The notes under the pieces are model-generated. The model was not told where the DNA came from and did no database searches. It saw only the letters and a program-made list of their open reading frames with translations. The position numbers and the translations under genes are program-made. A stretch of 64,000 bases of DNA from a virus (lineage: Duplodnaviria; Caudoviricetes): positions 4,721 through 68,720 of the IMG/VR virus record IMGVR_UViG_3300045938_000125. One strand, 5' to 3'. Positions 34,159-43,084 of this stretch are shown here, one piece after another. Every line of letters starts with the position of its first letter. Position 1 is the stretch's first letter.

Positions 34159-35043
34159 ATGTCAACCTTCACCAACACCCCCGAGGCCCGCGAGCAGTTC
34201 CGCAAGCTCATCATTTCCAGCGTTCGCCAAACCCGTGACGGGCTGCCTGTTGCGCAGGTTCGTCAAGTAGCCGAAGTGCTCGATGTCAAGTATTTGGAAT
34301 CAAAAGAAACCCGCACGGAAGAGCAGGCGCTTTCGCAGGTGCTGGTGCGCGTTGGCGAGCAGCAACACACCTGGTACGTACTCGAAATCGCCTATGGTGA
34401 TTTTGATGATGCCGACAACTGGTGCCACGTATTTGAGGCGCAGCACCCCGCCCGTGAGCTGTACCTCGACTACCTCGACCCCGAGGGCCGCTCGGCTAAG
34501 ATTGCCAAGGTGGAGCAGTCGGTTTTTGAGGTAATTATGCCAGGCAAAGACACGAGGCACGTGGTCGGCGTGCTGCATCAGGGTAAGCTGTGCAAAGTCG
34601 TCGGCGTGGGACTCGGGAGCCAGTACCGCGAATATTTCGCGCCTTACTTCAATACTGAAAAGCTGACTCCTGCCCAGATGGACGAAATCCGCCAAATGGA
34701 GCGTTTGCACCGGGCCGAGTCCGATGCCCAACTATGGAACCGCCCCGATTTGTTGGCTGGGGCTTTTGTGCTCGGTGATAATGGCAACGGCCGCTTTGTT
34801 AAAAGTGACCAGCACGCCAGCTTTTGCCGCCACCACTGCTGGGAAACCGGCCTCACCTACTTCGAGTTGCGCACCCGCGTGCCGGCCGAGGTGTTCGCGG
34901 CACTGCGCAAAGATGCTGAGCTGTTCTACCACGACCACCAAATCGAGGAAGAAGGCGATTGGAAAGCGTGGTGCACCATGGACAATATGCGCGCCGGCGA
35001 GGTGCTGGCCCGCTTTGGCTGGGAGATAGCCGTGGCCGACTAA
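34159..35043 (+). CDS. Hypothetical protein (moron)
   Basis: Own promoter and terminator; leader resembles 23766 and 26145. Confidence 0.75.
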   Translation: MSTFTNTPEAREQFRKLIISSVRQTRDGLPVAQVRQVAEVLDVKYLESKETRTEEQALSQVLVRVGEQQHTWYVLEIAYGDFDDADNWCHVFEAQHPARELYLDYLDPEGRSAKIAKVEQSVFEVIMPGKDTRHVVGVLHQGKLCKVVGVGLGSQYREYFAPYFNTEKLTPAQMDEIRQMERLHRAESDAQLWNRPDLLAGAFVLGDNGNGRFVKSDQHASFCRHHCWETGLTYFELRTRVPAEVFAALRKDAELFYHDHQIEEEGDWKAWCTMDNMRAGEVLARFGWEIAVAD

Positions 35044-35044
35044 T

Positions 35045-35074
35045 AAAAAAGCCCGGCCAGCTGGCCGGGCTTTT
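35045..35074. terminator. Bidirectional terminator
   Basis: AAAAAAGCCCGGCCAGCTGGCCGGGCTTTT. Confidence 0.85.
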
Positions 35075-35120
35075 CTCCGATTGAATAATATCCGATTGAG
35101 CCACAAGTATAAGCAACAGA

Positions 35121-35612
35121 ATGGATACGCTCACTTTTCTTACCATGACCAGCGGCCACTCGCAGCCCTCGCCGCTCTCCGAAGCCCAGTTCGCGCTGCC
35201 GGCACTGCGCCCCTTGGTGCTGGCTGGCGGCGGCCCGGTGCCCGGCCAGCGGGCCTACACGTTCCAGGTCACCAGCATTGAGGGCGGGGCCGTATTTTCG
35301 GTGCACGACGGGGCGCTAATCCTCGCCTTTTGCGGCGTTGCCTACGCGCCGGCGGCGGCTGAGCAGGTCTGGGACAACCTCACGCAGGCCCACCTTACTA
35401 CTTACGAGCTGGTGGTGCAGAAGCTCGGGTTTAACACGCCGGACAACTGGCTGGCCTCGCCCGAGCAGCCCGCAACGCTGCCGTGGCTGGCCGTCACGTT
35501 GCAGCCCGGCTTGCTGCTGCGGCCCAGCGCGGCTAGTTGGCTGGCTGATTTTGAACGGTGCGTAGCCTGGACGATTATTGAGCTACGCGACTTTTTTGAG
35601 GTAAATGGCTAA
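35121..35612 (+). CDS. Hypothetical protein
   Basis: Between terminators; upstream TCCGATTGA direct repeat. Confidence 0.65.
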   Translation: MDTLTFLTMTSGHSQPSPLSEAQFALPALRPLVLAGGGPVPGQRAYTFQVTSIEGGAVFSVHDGALILAFCGVAYAPAAAEQVWDNLTQAHLTTYELVVQKLGFNTPDNWLASPEQPATLPWLAVTLQPGLLLRPSAASWLADFERCVAWTIIELRDFFEVNG

Positions 35613-35901
35613 GGACGTAGAACGGGATGAGTGGCTGGACCACTTTCGTGCCTGGGGTGAATCCTTAGTAGACCCTGAAAAGCCGGAGCTAGGAATTAAC
35701 TGGCAGCGTATTAACATTGGCGAGGTAGAGCGCCAGGCGCACGTAACCCCCGGCTGCCTTACGCGCTGGTGGAACCGGGTACTGCGCGGCGCGGGCCAGA
35801 CAGAAGCCCGTATCACGCGCCCCGATTATTTTAAGCTTTGTCCCTGGCTAGCTACCTGGTACAAGTACGACCCGCCCACGGTAAAGTGGCAAATACTTTA
35901 G
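35605..35901 (+). CDS. Small protein with HTH-like segment
   Basis: INIGEVERQAHVTPGCLTRWWN resembles an Xre-type HTH. Confidence 0.5.
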   Translation: MAKDVERDEWLDHFRAWGESLVDPEKPELGINWQRINIGEVERQAHVTPGCLTRWWNRVLRGAGQTEARITRPDYFKLCPWLATWYKYDPPTVKWQIL

Positions 35902-35903
35902 CG

Positions 35904-35933
35904 AAAGCCCCGGCCTCAAGCCGGGGCTTTTTT
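35904..35933 (+). terminator. Intrinsic terminator
   Basis: AAAGCCCCGGC-CTCAA-GCCGGGGCTTTTTT. Confidence 0.9.
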
Positions 35934-35968
35934 CGTCCTACACCTGGGCTGCTGATTCTGCCTATTTG
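35934..35968 (+). promoter_or_regulatory. Prophage A late-type promoter copy 8
   Basis: CGTCCTAC-N19-CCTATTTG, ATG 35974. Confidence 0.6.
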
Positions 35969-35973
35969 GGAGC

Positions 35974-36510
35974 ATGGCAGACTATCAAGACGAGTTTAAG
36001 CGCATCCTCGACGAGGAAGTGGGCGACTACGCCGCCCGGGCGCTGGAGCTGCTCGCGGCCGCCATTCAGGCCAAGGGCCTGGTGCTAACCGAAGACCTGC
36101 TCCAGTCGCTCAGTTCGCAGGTAGTGGCGGCCAGTGCCGAGCACGTGGCCAGCATGGGCGTGCTGTTCCACCAGTACGGCCGCATCAAGGATATGAAGGG
36201 CATCACCCGCACCAAGGCCCCGCCCATTGAGGCGATTGAGGAATACGTGAAAAAGGTGGGTCTGAGCAAGTTCGACTACATACCGGGCTACACCGACCGC
36301 TCGAAGGTGCTGCCCGTGAGCAGCCGGGCCATCAACCGCATTGCCTGGGGCATCGCCCGCGCCAAGCTGCGCGACGGCGAGCAGGCCCGCCCCAAGACCT
36401 GGTTCGCCAAAACTTTTTACTCCAGTATCAACCGCTTCATCGACGCGGTAACCACCCGCTACCTGGCTGCCACCGGCACGCACATGGCCGCTACCCTTCG
36501 CATTGACTAA
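35974..36510 (+). CDS. HK97 gp10-like tail/neck protein (putative)
   Basis: YGRI.DMKG, PPIEAI.EYV..G, INRIAWGIAR; counterpart of 60953..61486. Confidence 0.5.
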   Translation: MADYQDEFKRILDEEVGDYAARALELLAAAIQAKGLVLTEDLLQSLSSQVVAASAEHVASMGVLFHQYGRIKDMKGITRTKAPPIEAIEEYVKKVGLSKFDYIPGYTDRSKVLPVSSRAINRIAWGIARAKLRDGEQARPKTWFAKTFYSSINRFIDAVTTRYLAATGTHMAATLRID

Positions 36511-39500
36511 TGGCACAAGTAAGACAGGATAACGTCCAGATAAAGCTGGATATCGACGGTTCGCAGTCGCGCACCGAACTCGATAACCTCACCCGCAAAG
36601 CCCTGGTGCTCACGCAAGGGCTCAAGGAGATGAAGCGCGGCACGGAGGAGTACATCGCCGCCAACAAAGAATTGCGCGAAGTCAATGCCCGTATTGGCGA
36701 GCTACGCGATGAGTTGGGCCTGGCTGGGCTAAACACCACCCAGCTGGGCAAGCTCATGCGCGAACTCCGACGTGAGCTGGATGGCCTGGTGCCTGGCACG
36801 GCCGCCTACATCGCCAAGAGCCAGGAGCTGGTAAGCGTCGAAAACCGGCTGCACGAGGTGCGGTCGGGCTTAGACGAGGTGCGCGCCTCCATGAATAATG
36901 CGGGCTTCAGCTTCAGTGACTTCGTTAAGAAGGCGGTGGGCTTTGCCGGCATCCAGCTAGGTATTGAGGCCGTCGTGGGCAGCCTCAAGCAGCTGGGCAC
37001 CGAGTCGATTAACGCGGCCGTGAAGGGCAGCGATTCTATCTCCGATATGGAGAAGTCGCTGAACCTGACCACGGCTGAGGCCAAGGCCCTGCGCGACCAG
37101 CTCGAAAATATCGACACCCGCACCTCGGAGGAAAACCTGGAAGGCATCTCCGTCGCGGCCGGCCAGCTGGGCATTGCCAAAGACCAGGCCGTAGATTTTA
37201 CGCAGGCAGTGGACCAGGCCGTAGTGGCGCTGGGCGATGAGTTTTCGGGCGGGGTCGAGGACGTGACCAAGAGCCTGGGCGGCTTGCAGAAGCTGTTTAA
37301 GGAGACGGCCGACGTGAGCCCGGCCGACGCAATTACTAAAATTGGCTCAGCAGTAAACGCCCTGGGCGCGGATGGCACCGCCACCGGCCCGGTCATCGCC
37401 GATTTCGCGGCCCGCATCGGTCAGCTCGGCAACCTGGCCCCGCAGATTACCCAGACGCTGGGCCTGGGCGCGGCTTTTCAGGAATTGGGCTTGTCGGCTG
37501 AAATCTCGGCCGGTGGCCTCACCAACATCCTGCTCACGGCCGCGAAGGGCACGGCCGACTTTGGTAAGCAGCTGGGCATGACCACCAAGGAGTTTGAAGA
37601 CCTGATTAACAATGACCCCAACGAAGTAATTATCCGCTTAGCCGCCTCACTGAAGGGGGCCAGCGAGACGGAAATTGTTACGACCCTCGACAAGCTGGGC
37701 ATTAAGAGCCAGGAAGCCACGAAAGTTATCAGCCTGCTGGCCGATAAGAGCGATTTCGTGCGCCAGAAGCAGGCGCTCGCCTCGGCCGAGTACGCCAAAG
37801 GCACCAGCCTGCTCGATGAATTTGCCAAGAAAAACACCAACGCCGCCGCTGAGGTCGAGAAGTCGGAGAAAACCTTCACCCGGTACCGGCAGGAGCTAGG
37901 CGAGCAGCTGCTGCCCGTGTACCTGAAGGTGCTCCAGTACACGACCATGGTCGTGGAGGTGCTGCGGGCCTTGCCGGGCTTCGTGTCCGAAAACCGGGTA
38001 GCCTTCGGGCTGCTGGCTCTGGCCATCGCGGCCTACAATGCCGAGCAGATTGGCGCGCAGCTCAACACGCTAAAGGGCCTGGCCCTGCAAAAGCTCGTGG
38101 CCCTGGGTGTGCTCACCGAAATAGAGGGTAAGTACAGCTTGGTTACCGCCAATGGGGCGCTGGCGGCCGCGCAGGAGGGCGTAAATGCAGCGATGGCAGC
38201 CAACCCAATTGGGTTTGTGCTCACACTTGTAGCAGCCTTTATTTTCGGCCTCAAGCAGCTTTACGACCGGAGCGAGACGTTCCGGGCGGCCGTCGATAGC
38301 CTCAGTAAAATGCTGCGGCCCCTAGGCGAGTTGTTCGGTGGTTTGGTAGCGCAGGCAGCCCCACTTGTTGCGCTGCTGGGTAGGCTATTTAGCAGCATCA
38401 GCGGCGGCAAGAGCATTCTCGACGTGTTCGGGCAGGTGATGGCCATCTCGGTCGTGCTGCCCCTCAAGCTGGTAATTACGCAGGTGCAGCTGTGCGTAGA
38501 TGGCTTTACGGGCCTGCTCGATGTAGGCAAGCGGGTAGCTAATTTCTTCGGGGCCGATTTCAAGCTCGACCCCAACGGTAGTTTTTCAGACCTGGCTAAG
38601 AACGCCAAGGCCAACGGGCAGTCGCTGCTCGATACGCTGACCGGGCTGGATGGTGCCCGCGCCGCGCAGGAGAAAGCAGCTACCGAAAAGCGCAATTACG
38701 ACGCGCTGAAAGAACTGGAGCACCGCACCAGCTTGCAGCTCGAGGCAGAAGCCAGGCGCCGGGCCGCTGCCGAGAAATCTAATACCGAGCGTAAGGCCAC
38801 CGACGCTAAAAACGGCCTCGAAGACCTCAAAGCCCGCGAGGCCAACATTCGGGCCGCGCTGGCGCTGGTCGAGTCTGGCTCAGCCGAAGAGCTACGCCTT
38901 AAAAAGCTGCTGGTAACGACGAAACGCGACATCGACCTGCTGGGCGAGAAGAAAACGGCGGGCGATAAAAAGGTTATCGTAGCCGAGGCCCTGCGCGACC
39001 TGCGCCAGCTGCAGGACGAGTACGATAAGAAAACCCGCGACGCGGCCGAGAAACGGGCCAAAGAGCAGGCGGAGGTGGAGAAACGCATTGCCGACCTCAA
39101 AGCCGGGCTACTGGCCGACGAAACCGAGCGGCGCATCCAGCAGCTGACGGCGGCCGCCGAAAAGGAAAAGGCCACGGCCAAGGGCACGGCTGAGCAGGTG
39201 GCTGAGCAGCGCCGGCTCATCGATGCAAAACTGGCCGTGGACGTGCTGGAGGTGCGCCGGGCCGCCGCGCAGAAGCAGACTGAAGAGGAGTTAGCCATTC
39301 AGCAGCAGCAGAATGCACTCATCAAAAACGAGTTTGAGCGTCGGGCGGCAGAACTACGTACCGCGGCAGCCAGTGCGCAGAATAAAATCCTCGATACCGA
39401 TAAGAACGCGGCCGAGAAGCGCCGGCTGGTGCAGGCTAAGCTTCAGCTGGACTTGCTGGCACTGGAGGAGCAGCGGGTAGAGCAGCAGCGGCAGATTGCC

Positions 39501-40715
39501 GAGCGTATCGCCCAGATTGACGACAGCATTGCCCTGCAACGCATTGCCCGGCGCCGGCAACTCTCCAGCGAGTTTAGCCAGGCTCGCGTTGAGGCCGACA
39601 ATGATGAGCAGGCGGTGCGGCAGGAGCAGCTATTTCGTCAGTACTCGGAAGAGTATTTGCGGATGGACCTCAGCAATGCGCAGAAGCTGGCACTTTCGCG
39701 CCAGTATCTAGCTGATAAAGAGGCGTTGGAAAACGAATACGCCGACCGCGCCCGCGAGCGTGATAAAGCCGGCGCAGAGTTCGGGGTCGGGCTCACGAGC
39801 ACCATTCTGCAAGCGACGGAAGATTTCGAGAAAATAGCTTCCGATAGGCAGTTAGCTAAACTCGATAAGGATAAGAAAACGCGCCTGGCAAAGCTAGATG
39901 CTGAGTACAAGGCTGGTTTGGTTAGCAAGGATGCTTACGAAGCGCAGAAATCGCTCATCGAATCGGACTACGATGCGAAAACCCGCGCTATTAAAAAGGA
40001 CGCGGCCGAGAAGGAAAAGACCTTCAATATTGCCCAGGCCGTTATTGCTGGCGCGCTGGCCGTAATCAAGGCTGCCCCCAACATACCGCTGCAAATCGCG
40101 GCAGGGGCTACGGCGGCGGCGGGTATCGCTAAAATCATTGCCACTCCAATTCCCGAGTTTGAGGATGGTGGGGTGTTTGGTGGGGCGAAACCCGGCTTGG
40201 CTAGTCGCATCAGCCGGGCCGCTGGCCAGGCCTGGCGGGGCGTGAAGCAATTCGCCCGCGGCGGCCGCATCAATCCCACGGCCGGCGTGGCTGATGTGGG
40301 CCAGCGCCACAGCGGCGGCGGCATTAAAATGGTCGATGGGGCCACCGGGCAGCACCTGGGCGAGTGGGAACGGGGCGAGGCGTACATGATTCTTTCCCGC
40401 GACACCTACGCCAATAACAAGCATCTGGTCGATGAGCTGATTGATACGAGCCTGCACCGGGGCGGCGCACCCGTGCGCCGGCAGGAAGGCTACTACGAGG
40501 ACGGTGGCACCTTCGGCGGCTCCCCTACCCCATCGGCCACCACCAGCGCCAAAGCGGATGGCCAGGAGCTAGTACAGCTGCTGCGCGAGACCCGCGATGC
40601 TATCCGCGCCCTGCCCAATCGACAATATATTGGCTGGGACCAGGAAGATACGGCCGAGATAGAACAGCGCCTGAATGAGCGGGCAGAAGACCGTAACGCC
40701 GGGCAGGTTAAGTAA
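36510..40715 (+). CDS. Tail tape measure protein (TP901-like domain)
   Basis: 1401 aa, coiled-coil; IDTRTS.E.L..I...AGQLG, AE.SAGG, C-terminal F..GG repeats. Confidence 0.92.
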   Translation: MAQVRQDNVQIKLDIDGSQSRTELDNLTRKALVLTQGLKEMKRGTEEYIAANKELREVNARIGELRDELGLAGLNTTQLGKLMRELRRELDGLVPGTAAYIAKSQELVSVENRLHEVRSGLDEVRASMNNAGFSFSDFVKKAVGFAGIQLGIEAVVGSLKQLGTESINAAVKGSDSISDMEKSLNLTTAEAKALRDQLENIDTRTSEENLEGISVAAGQLGIAKDQAVDFTQAVDQAVVALGDEFSGGVEDVTKSLGGLQKLFKETADVSPADAITKIGSAVNALGADGTATGPVIADFAARIGQLGNLAPQITQTLGLGAAFQELGLSAEISAGGLTNILLTAAKGTADFGKQLGMTTKEFEDLINNDPNEVIIRLAASLKGASETEIVTTLDKLGIKSQEATKVISLLADKSDFVRQKQALASAEYAKGTSLLDEFAKKNTNAAAEVEKSEKTFTRYRQELGEQLLPVYLKVLQYTTMVVEVLRALPGFVSENRVAFGLLALAIAAYNAEQIGAQLNTLKGLALQKLVALGVLTEIEGKYSLVTANGALAAAQEGVNAAMAANPIGFVLTLVAAFIFGLKQLYDRSETFRAAVDSLSKMLRPLGELFGGLVAQAAPLVALLGRLFSSISGGKSILDVFGQVMAISVVLPLKLVITQVQLCVDGFTGLLDVGKRVANFFGADFKLDPNGSFSDLAKNAKANGQSLLDTLTGLDGARAAQEKAATEKRNYDALKELEHRTSLQLEAEARRRAAAEKSNTERKATDAKNGLEDLKAREANIRAALALVESGSAEELRLKKLLVTTKRDIDLLGEKKTAGDKKVIVAEALRDLRQLQDEYDKKTRDAAEKRAKEQAEVEKRIADLKAGLLADETERRIQQLTAAAEKEKATAKGTAEQVAEQRRLIDAKLAVDVLEVRRAAAQKQTEEELAIQQQQNALIKNEFERRAAELRTAAASAQNKILDTDKNAAEKRRLVQAKLQLDLLALEEQRVEQQRQIAERIAQIDDSIALQRIARRRQLSSEFSQARVEADNDEQAVRQEQLFRQYSEEYLRMDLSNAQKLALSRQYLADKEALENEYADRARERDKAGAEFGVGLTSTILQATEDFEKIASDRQLAKLDKDKKTRLAKLDAEYKAGLVSKDAYEAQKSLIESDYDAKTRAIKKDAAEKEKTFNIAQAVIAGALAVIKAAPNIPLQIAAGATAAAGIAKIIATPIPEFEDGGVFGGAKPGLASRISRAAGQAWRGVKQFARGGRINPTAGVADVGQRHSGGGIKMVDGATGQHLGEWERGEAYMILSRDTYANNKHLVDELIDTSLHRGGAPVRRQEGYYEDGGTFGGSPTPSATTSAKADGQELVQLLRETRDAIRALPNRQYIGWDQEDTAEIEQRLNERAEDRNAGQVK

Positions 40716-40719
40716 GAAC

Positions 40720-40738
40720 TGCCACAGAAATTGCCACA
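40720..40738. promoter_or_regulatory. Candidate integrase arm-type sites
   Basis: TGCCACA direct repeat (40720-26, 40732-38) next to the putative att core. Confidence 0.4.
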
Positions 40739-40747
40739 TTAAAATGA

Positions 40748-40781
40748 AAAAAGGCCCTCACGCTAGCGTGAGGGCCTTTTT
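40748..40781. terminator. 34-bp perfect palindrome, bidirectional terminator
   Basis: AAAAAGGCCCTCACGCT|AGCGTGAGGGCCTTTTT. Confidence 0.9.
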
Positions 40782-40782
40782 A

Positions 40783-40798
40783 GTGGTCGCGTTAGGAA
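40783..40798 (-). other. tRNA 3'-end fragment (tRNA-Arg-like), putative att core
   Basis: Minus strand TTCCTAACGCGACCAC then terminator; fits T-arm 3' strand + acceptor stem CGCGACC + AC; no full cloverleaf; lies at the 3' end of the integrase. Confidence 0.55.
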
Positions 40799-40912
40799 AT
40801 AGCGATTCGGTAACCACAGCCGGTAACTAGCTCACCGATGCTTCGACGACGCCGGCGGTCGCAATCGGTAGCCGGTTAACCGTGCGTAACCGGCCCTTGT
40901 TTTACCAGTGTT

Positions 40913-42205
40913 TTACTCGGCTTCCATTTCAGGCATCGGCCGGCCCTCGTAGACCTTGCGCGCCCCGGCCTGCACGGCGGGCGTGTGGCGGCCACGGGTG
41001 TACTTCTCGGTAGTTGCCCGGCTGTGGTGGCCCAGCATTACCTGCACGATACCCAGGTCGCCGGTGGTATTGTCGGCGTCATCGGCCAAGGTACGACGGC
41101 TGCTGTGGCTACTGAGCGCGGCCGTAATACCACACTTGGCGGCCACCCGCTTGAGGTTCATGTTCACGGCCGATGTAGCCTTTTTCATTTCCTGGAGCTG
41201 CTTGGTCGGGCTCAACTGCTCGTAGCGGTGGTAGAGCCAGGGCAGCACGTAGGCTTCGGGGTTGGGGGCCGTGCCATCGGCCGGTAGCAGCGAGTCGAGC
41301 AGGGCGGTGAGCTGCGGGCTCTCTTCCACTACTTTTTCCCCATCGCCTTTATCCATGGTAAAGCGCACCGTGCCGTGGGCGCGCTGCTTCCACTTGAGGC
41401 GCAGCACCACGCCGATGCGCGAGCCGTGCAGGTAGTACTGAATAAAGTAGGTGGTGCGGGCTAGCTGCTGCTTGGCGGGCAGCTTTACCATAGCCAGGGC
41501 TTGCAGCTCAGCTTCGGTGAGCCAGACCTTTTTAGGGGCGGGCTGCGGCAGGTCGTAGTAGTCGAGCGGGTTGGCGTGGCGGGCCAGCACCTTGCGCTTG
41601 ATGGCCCGACCGATGTAGATGCTCAGAATATCGAGCGCCTTGCGGCGGGTGCCGGGGCCGTTGCCGAGCTTGCTTTTCAGGTAGGCTTCGAAGTCCAGCA
41701 GCGTCTCTTCGGTGAGCTGGCTCACGGGCAGCGGCTTTTGGCCTCCCTCCCACCCCCACCACGCGGCCAGCTTGTTGAGTTGCACCAGGCGGCTCTCGCA
41801 GGTGGCCACCGCGAAGTGGCCCGCATCGTCGCGGGCGTGGCTTTTATAGGCAAAATCTATAAAATCGACTTCGACTGGCGCGGCCTCGGGCACGAGGTCG
41901 GCCCCGGTGGCGAGCAGCGCCTTCAATTCGTCGGCGCTGAGCTGCGGGCGGTCGCGGCCCAGCTTTTGGGCGCGGGCCAGAAAGGTGCCCACCGTCGTTT
42001 CTAAGTCGGCGTGCTGGCGGTGGCTGGTTTTGAAGTAGGCGGGCTTGGCCAGGCTACGGGCTTCGTTCCAGTGCTTGGCGGCCACGGCCACGCCGGGCAC
42101 ATTGAGGTAGCGCACGACGCGGTTAACCGTGATGCGCAGGCGCACATCGTGCAGGCCCTCGCGGTCGGCGGCGGGGGCTAAGATGAGCTTGAAAGAGGCT
42201 GGCAT
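40913..42205 (-). CDS. int: Tyrosine integrase (Arm-binding + SAM-like + catalytic)
   Basis: Bacteroidota arm domain (VRLRITVNRVVRY), H..RIG.VLRL, SHSSRRT.A, MLGHHSRATTEKY. Confidence 0.95.
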   Translation of the reverse strand: MPASFKLILAPAADREGLHDVRLRITVNRVVRYLNVPGVAVAAKHWNEARSLAKPAYFKTSHRQHADLETTVGTFLARAQKLGRDRPQLSADELKALLATGADLVPEAAPVEVDFIDFAYKSHARDDAGHFAVATCESRLVQLNKLAAWWGWEGGQKPLPVSQLTEETLLDFEAYLKSKLGNGPGTRRKALDILSIYIGRAIKRKVLARHANPLDYYDLPQPAPKKVWLTEAELQALAMVKLPAKQQLARTTYFIQYYLHGSRIGVVLRLKWKQRAHGTVRFTMDKGDGEKVVEESPQLTALLDSLLPADGTAPNPEAYVLPWLYHRYEQLSPTKQLQEMKKATSAVNMNLKRVAAKCGITAALSSHSSRRTLADDADNTTGDLGIVQVMLGHHSRATTEKYTRGRHTPAVQAGARKVYEGRPMPEMEAE

Positions 42206-42207
42206 GG

Positions 42208-42957
42208 TTAATTGAGTGGGCCGTCAGTTACCTTAACTACCTTCCAAATGCCGCGCAACTCTTCACCTGGCACCACTAAAGTGCCGCCGTTATCACTGTC
42301 GGAATGTAAGGTCAACGTACCATCTTTTAACAGGTCGTTACTTTTTACTCTTTTGATAACGAAGTACTTACCGAAAACAACGGCGTAGATTCCGCTGGGC
42401 AGGTATTTGAAATCGGCCTTGTCGACGCGGTGCGCTGCTACACTCCAGCCACTGCGTAGCGTTGGCTCCATAGAGTCGCCGTTTACTACTATTTCTAGGC
42501 TACCAGGCCTACGAAGCTCGGCGGTAGGGTTTTGGATAGGCACCTCTTCAAACTCATCCAGTCCATCTATTCCATCGGTAAGCGTTTCGGCAAACGTAGC
42601 GCGGGCCGCAACTGGCACTCGCCGAACAAATATTACTTCGATATCGCCCGCTTGCAAACGCACAGCAGGAGCCGTAGGCGCTACTCCTAATTGGGCAACT
42701 TGGCGCCGCATTTCGAGAACTGCTTCAGGCGGGCCATCCTCACCGTAGAGAATGAAGTCGGCTGTTACCTTGTAAAGCTTGGCTAGCTTATCAACTATGT
42801 CGCGTATATCAGCCTTTGCCACAGACTCATACCGAAGTATTTGCGATGGTGCCCGGCCTATGTATTCGCCTACCTCTCGGACAGTTTTATTGTGCATCTG
42901 GCGAAGATTCGCCAGCCTAGTGGCTTGGTTTTGCTTAGTAGTCGATGGTGAGTTCAT
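42208..42957 (-). CDS. CI-like repressor: Xre HTH + S24 peptidase
   Basis: LANLRQ...TVREVGEYIG..PSQILRYE; VNGDSMEP catalytic Ser; VIKRV Lys. Confidence 0.92.
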   Translation of the reverse strand: MNSPSTTKQNQATRLANLRQMHNKTVREVGEYIGRAPSQILRYESVAKADIRDIVDKLAKLYKVTADFILYGEDGPPEAVLEMRRQVAQLGVAPTAPAVRLQAGDIEVIFVRRVPVAARATFAETLTDGIDGLDEFEEVPIQNPTAELRRPGSLEIVVNGDSMEPTLRSGWSVAAHRVDKADFKYLPSGIYAVVFGKYFVIKRVKSNDLLKDGTLTLHSDSDNGGTLVVPGEELRGIWKVVKVTDGPLN

Positions 42958-43084
42958 AGCTCGCAGTAGAAGAATTTACTGCGAAGTACAACAAAACAAA
43001 ACAAAATGAAGTGAAATGATGTAAATAGTTTGCTTATGTTCTAAAAAGTTCTTATCATTGTATTGTCATCTTAATCATTCCCCC

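Larger units (their letters stand above)
1..40781 (+). mobile_element. Prophage A (temperate, long non-contractile tail inferred); left end lies outside the window
   Basis: Co-oriented set of replication, terminase, portal, S49 protease, capsid, tail, tape-measure and lysis genes ending at a putative att site; its integrase and repressor are not in the window. Confidence 0.92.

Noticed and set aside
40783-40860. Intact tRNA gene
   Set aside because: Only the 3' ~16 nt fit; no D or anticodon arm can be folded upstream on the minus strand
42975-43015. (AACAA)n microsatellite phase-variation switch
   Set aside because: Only about three units in an AT-rich divergent promoter region; more simply operator or UP-element sequence
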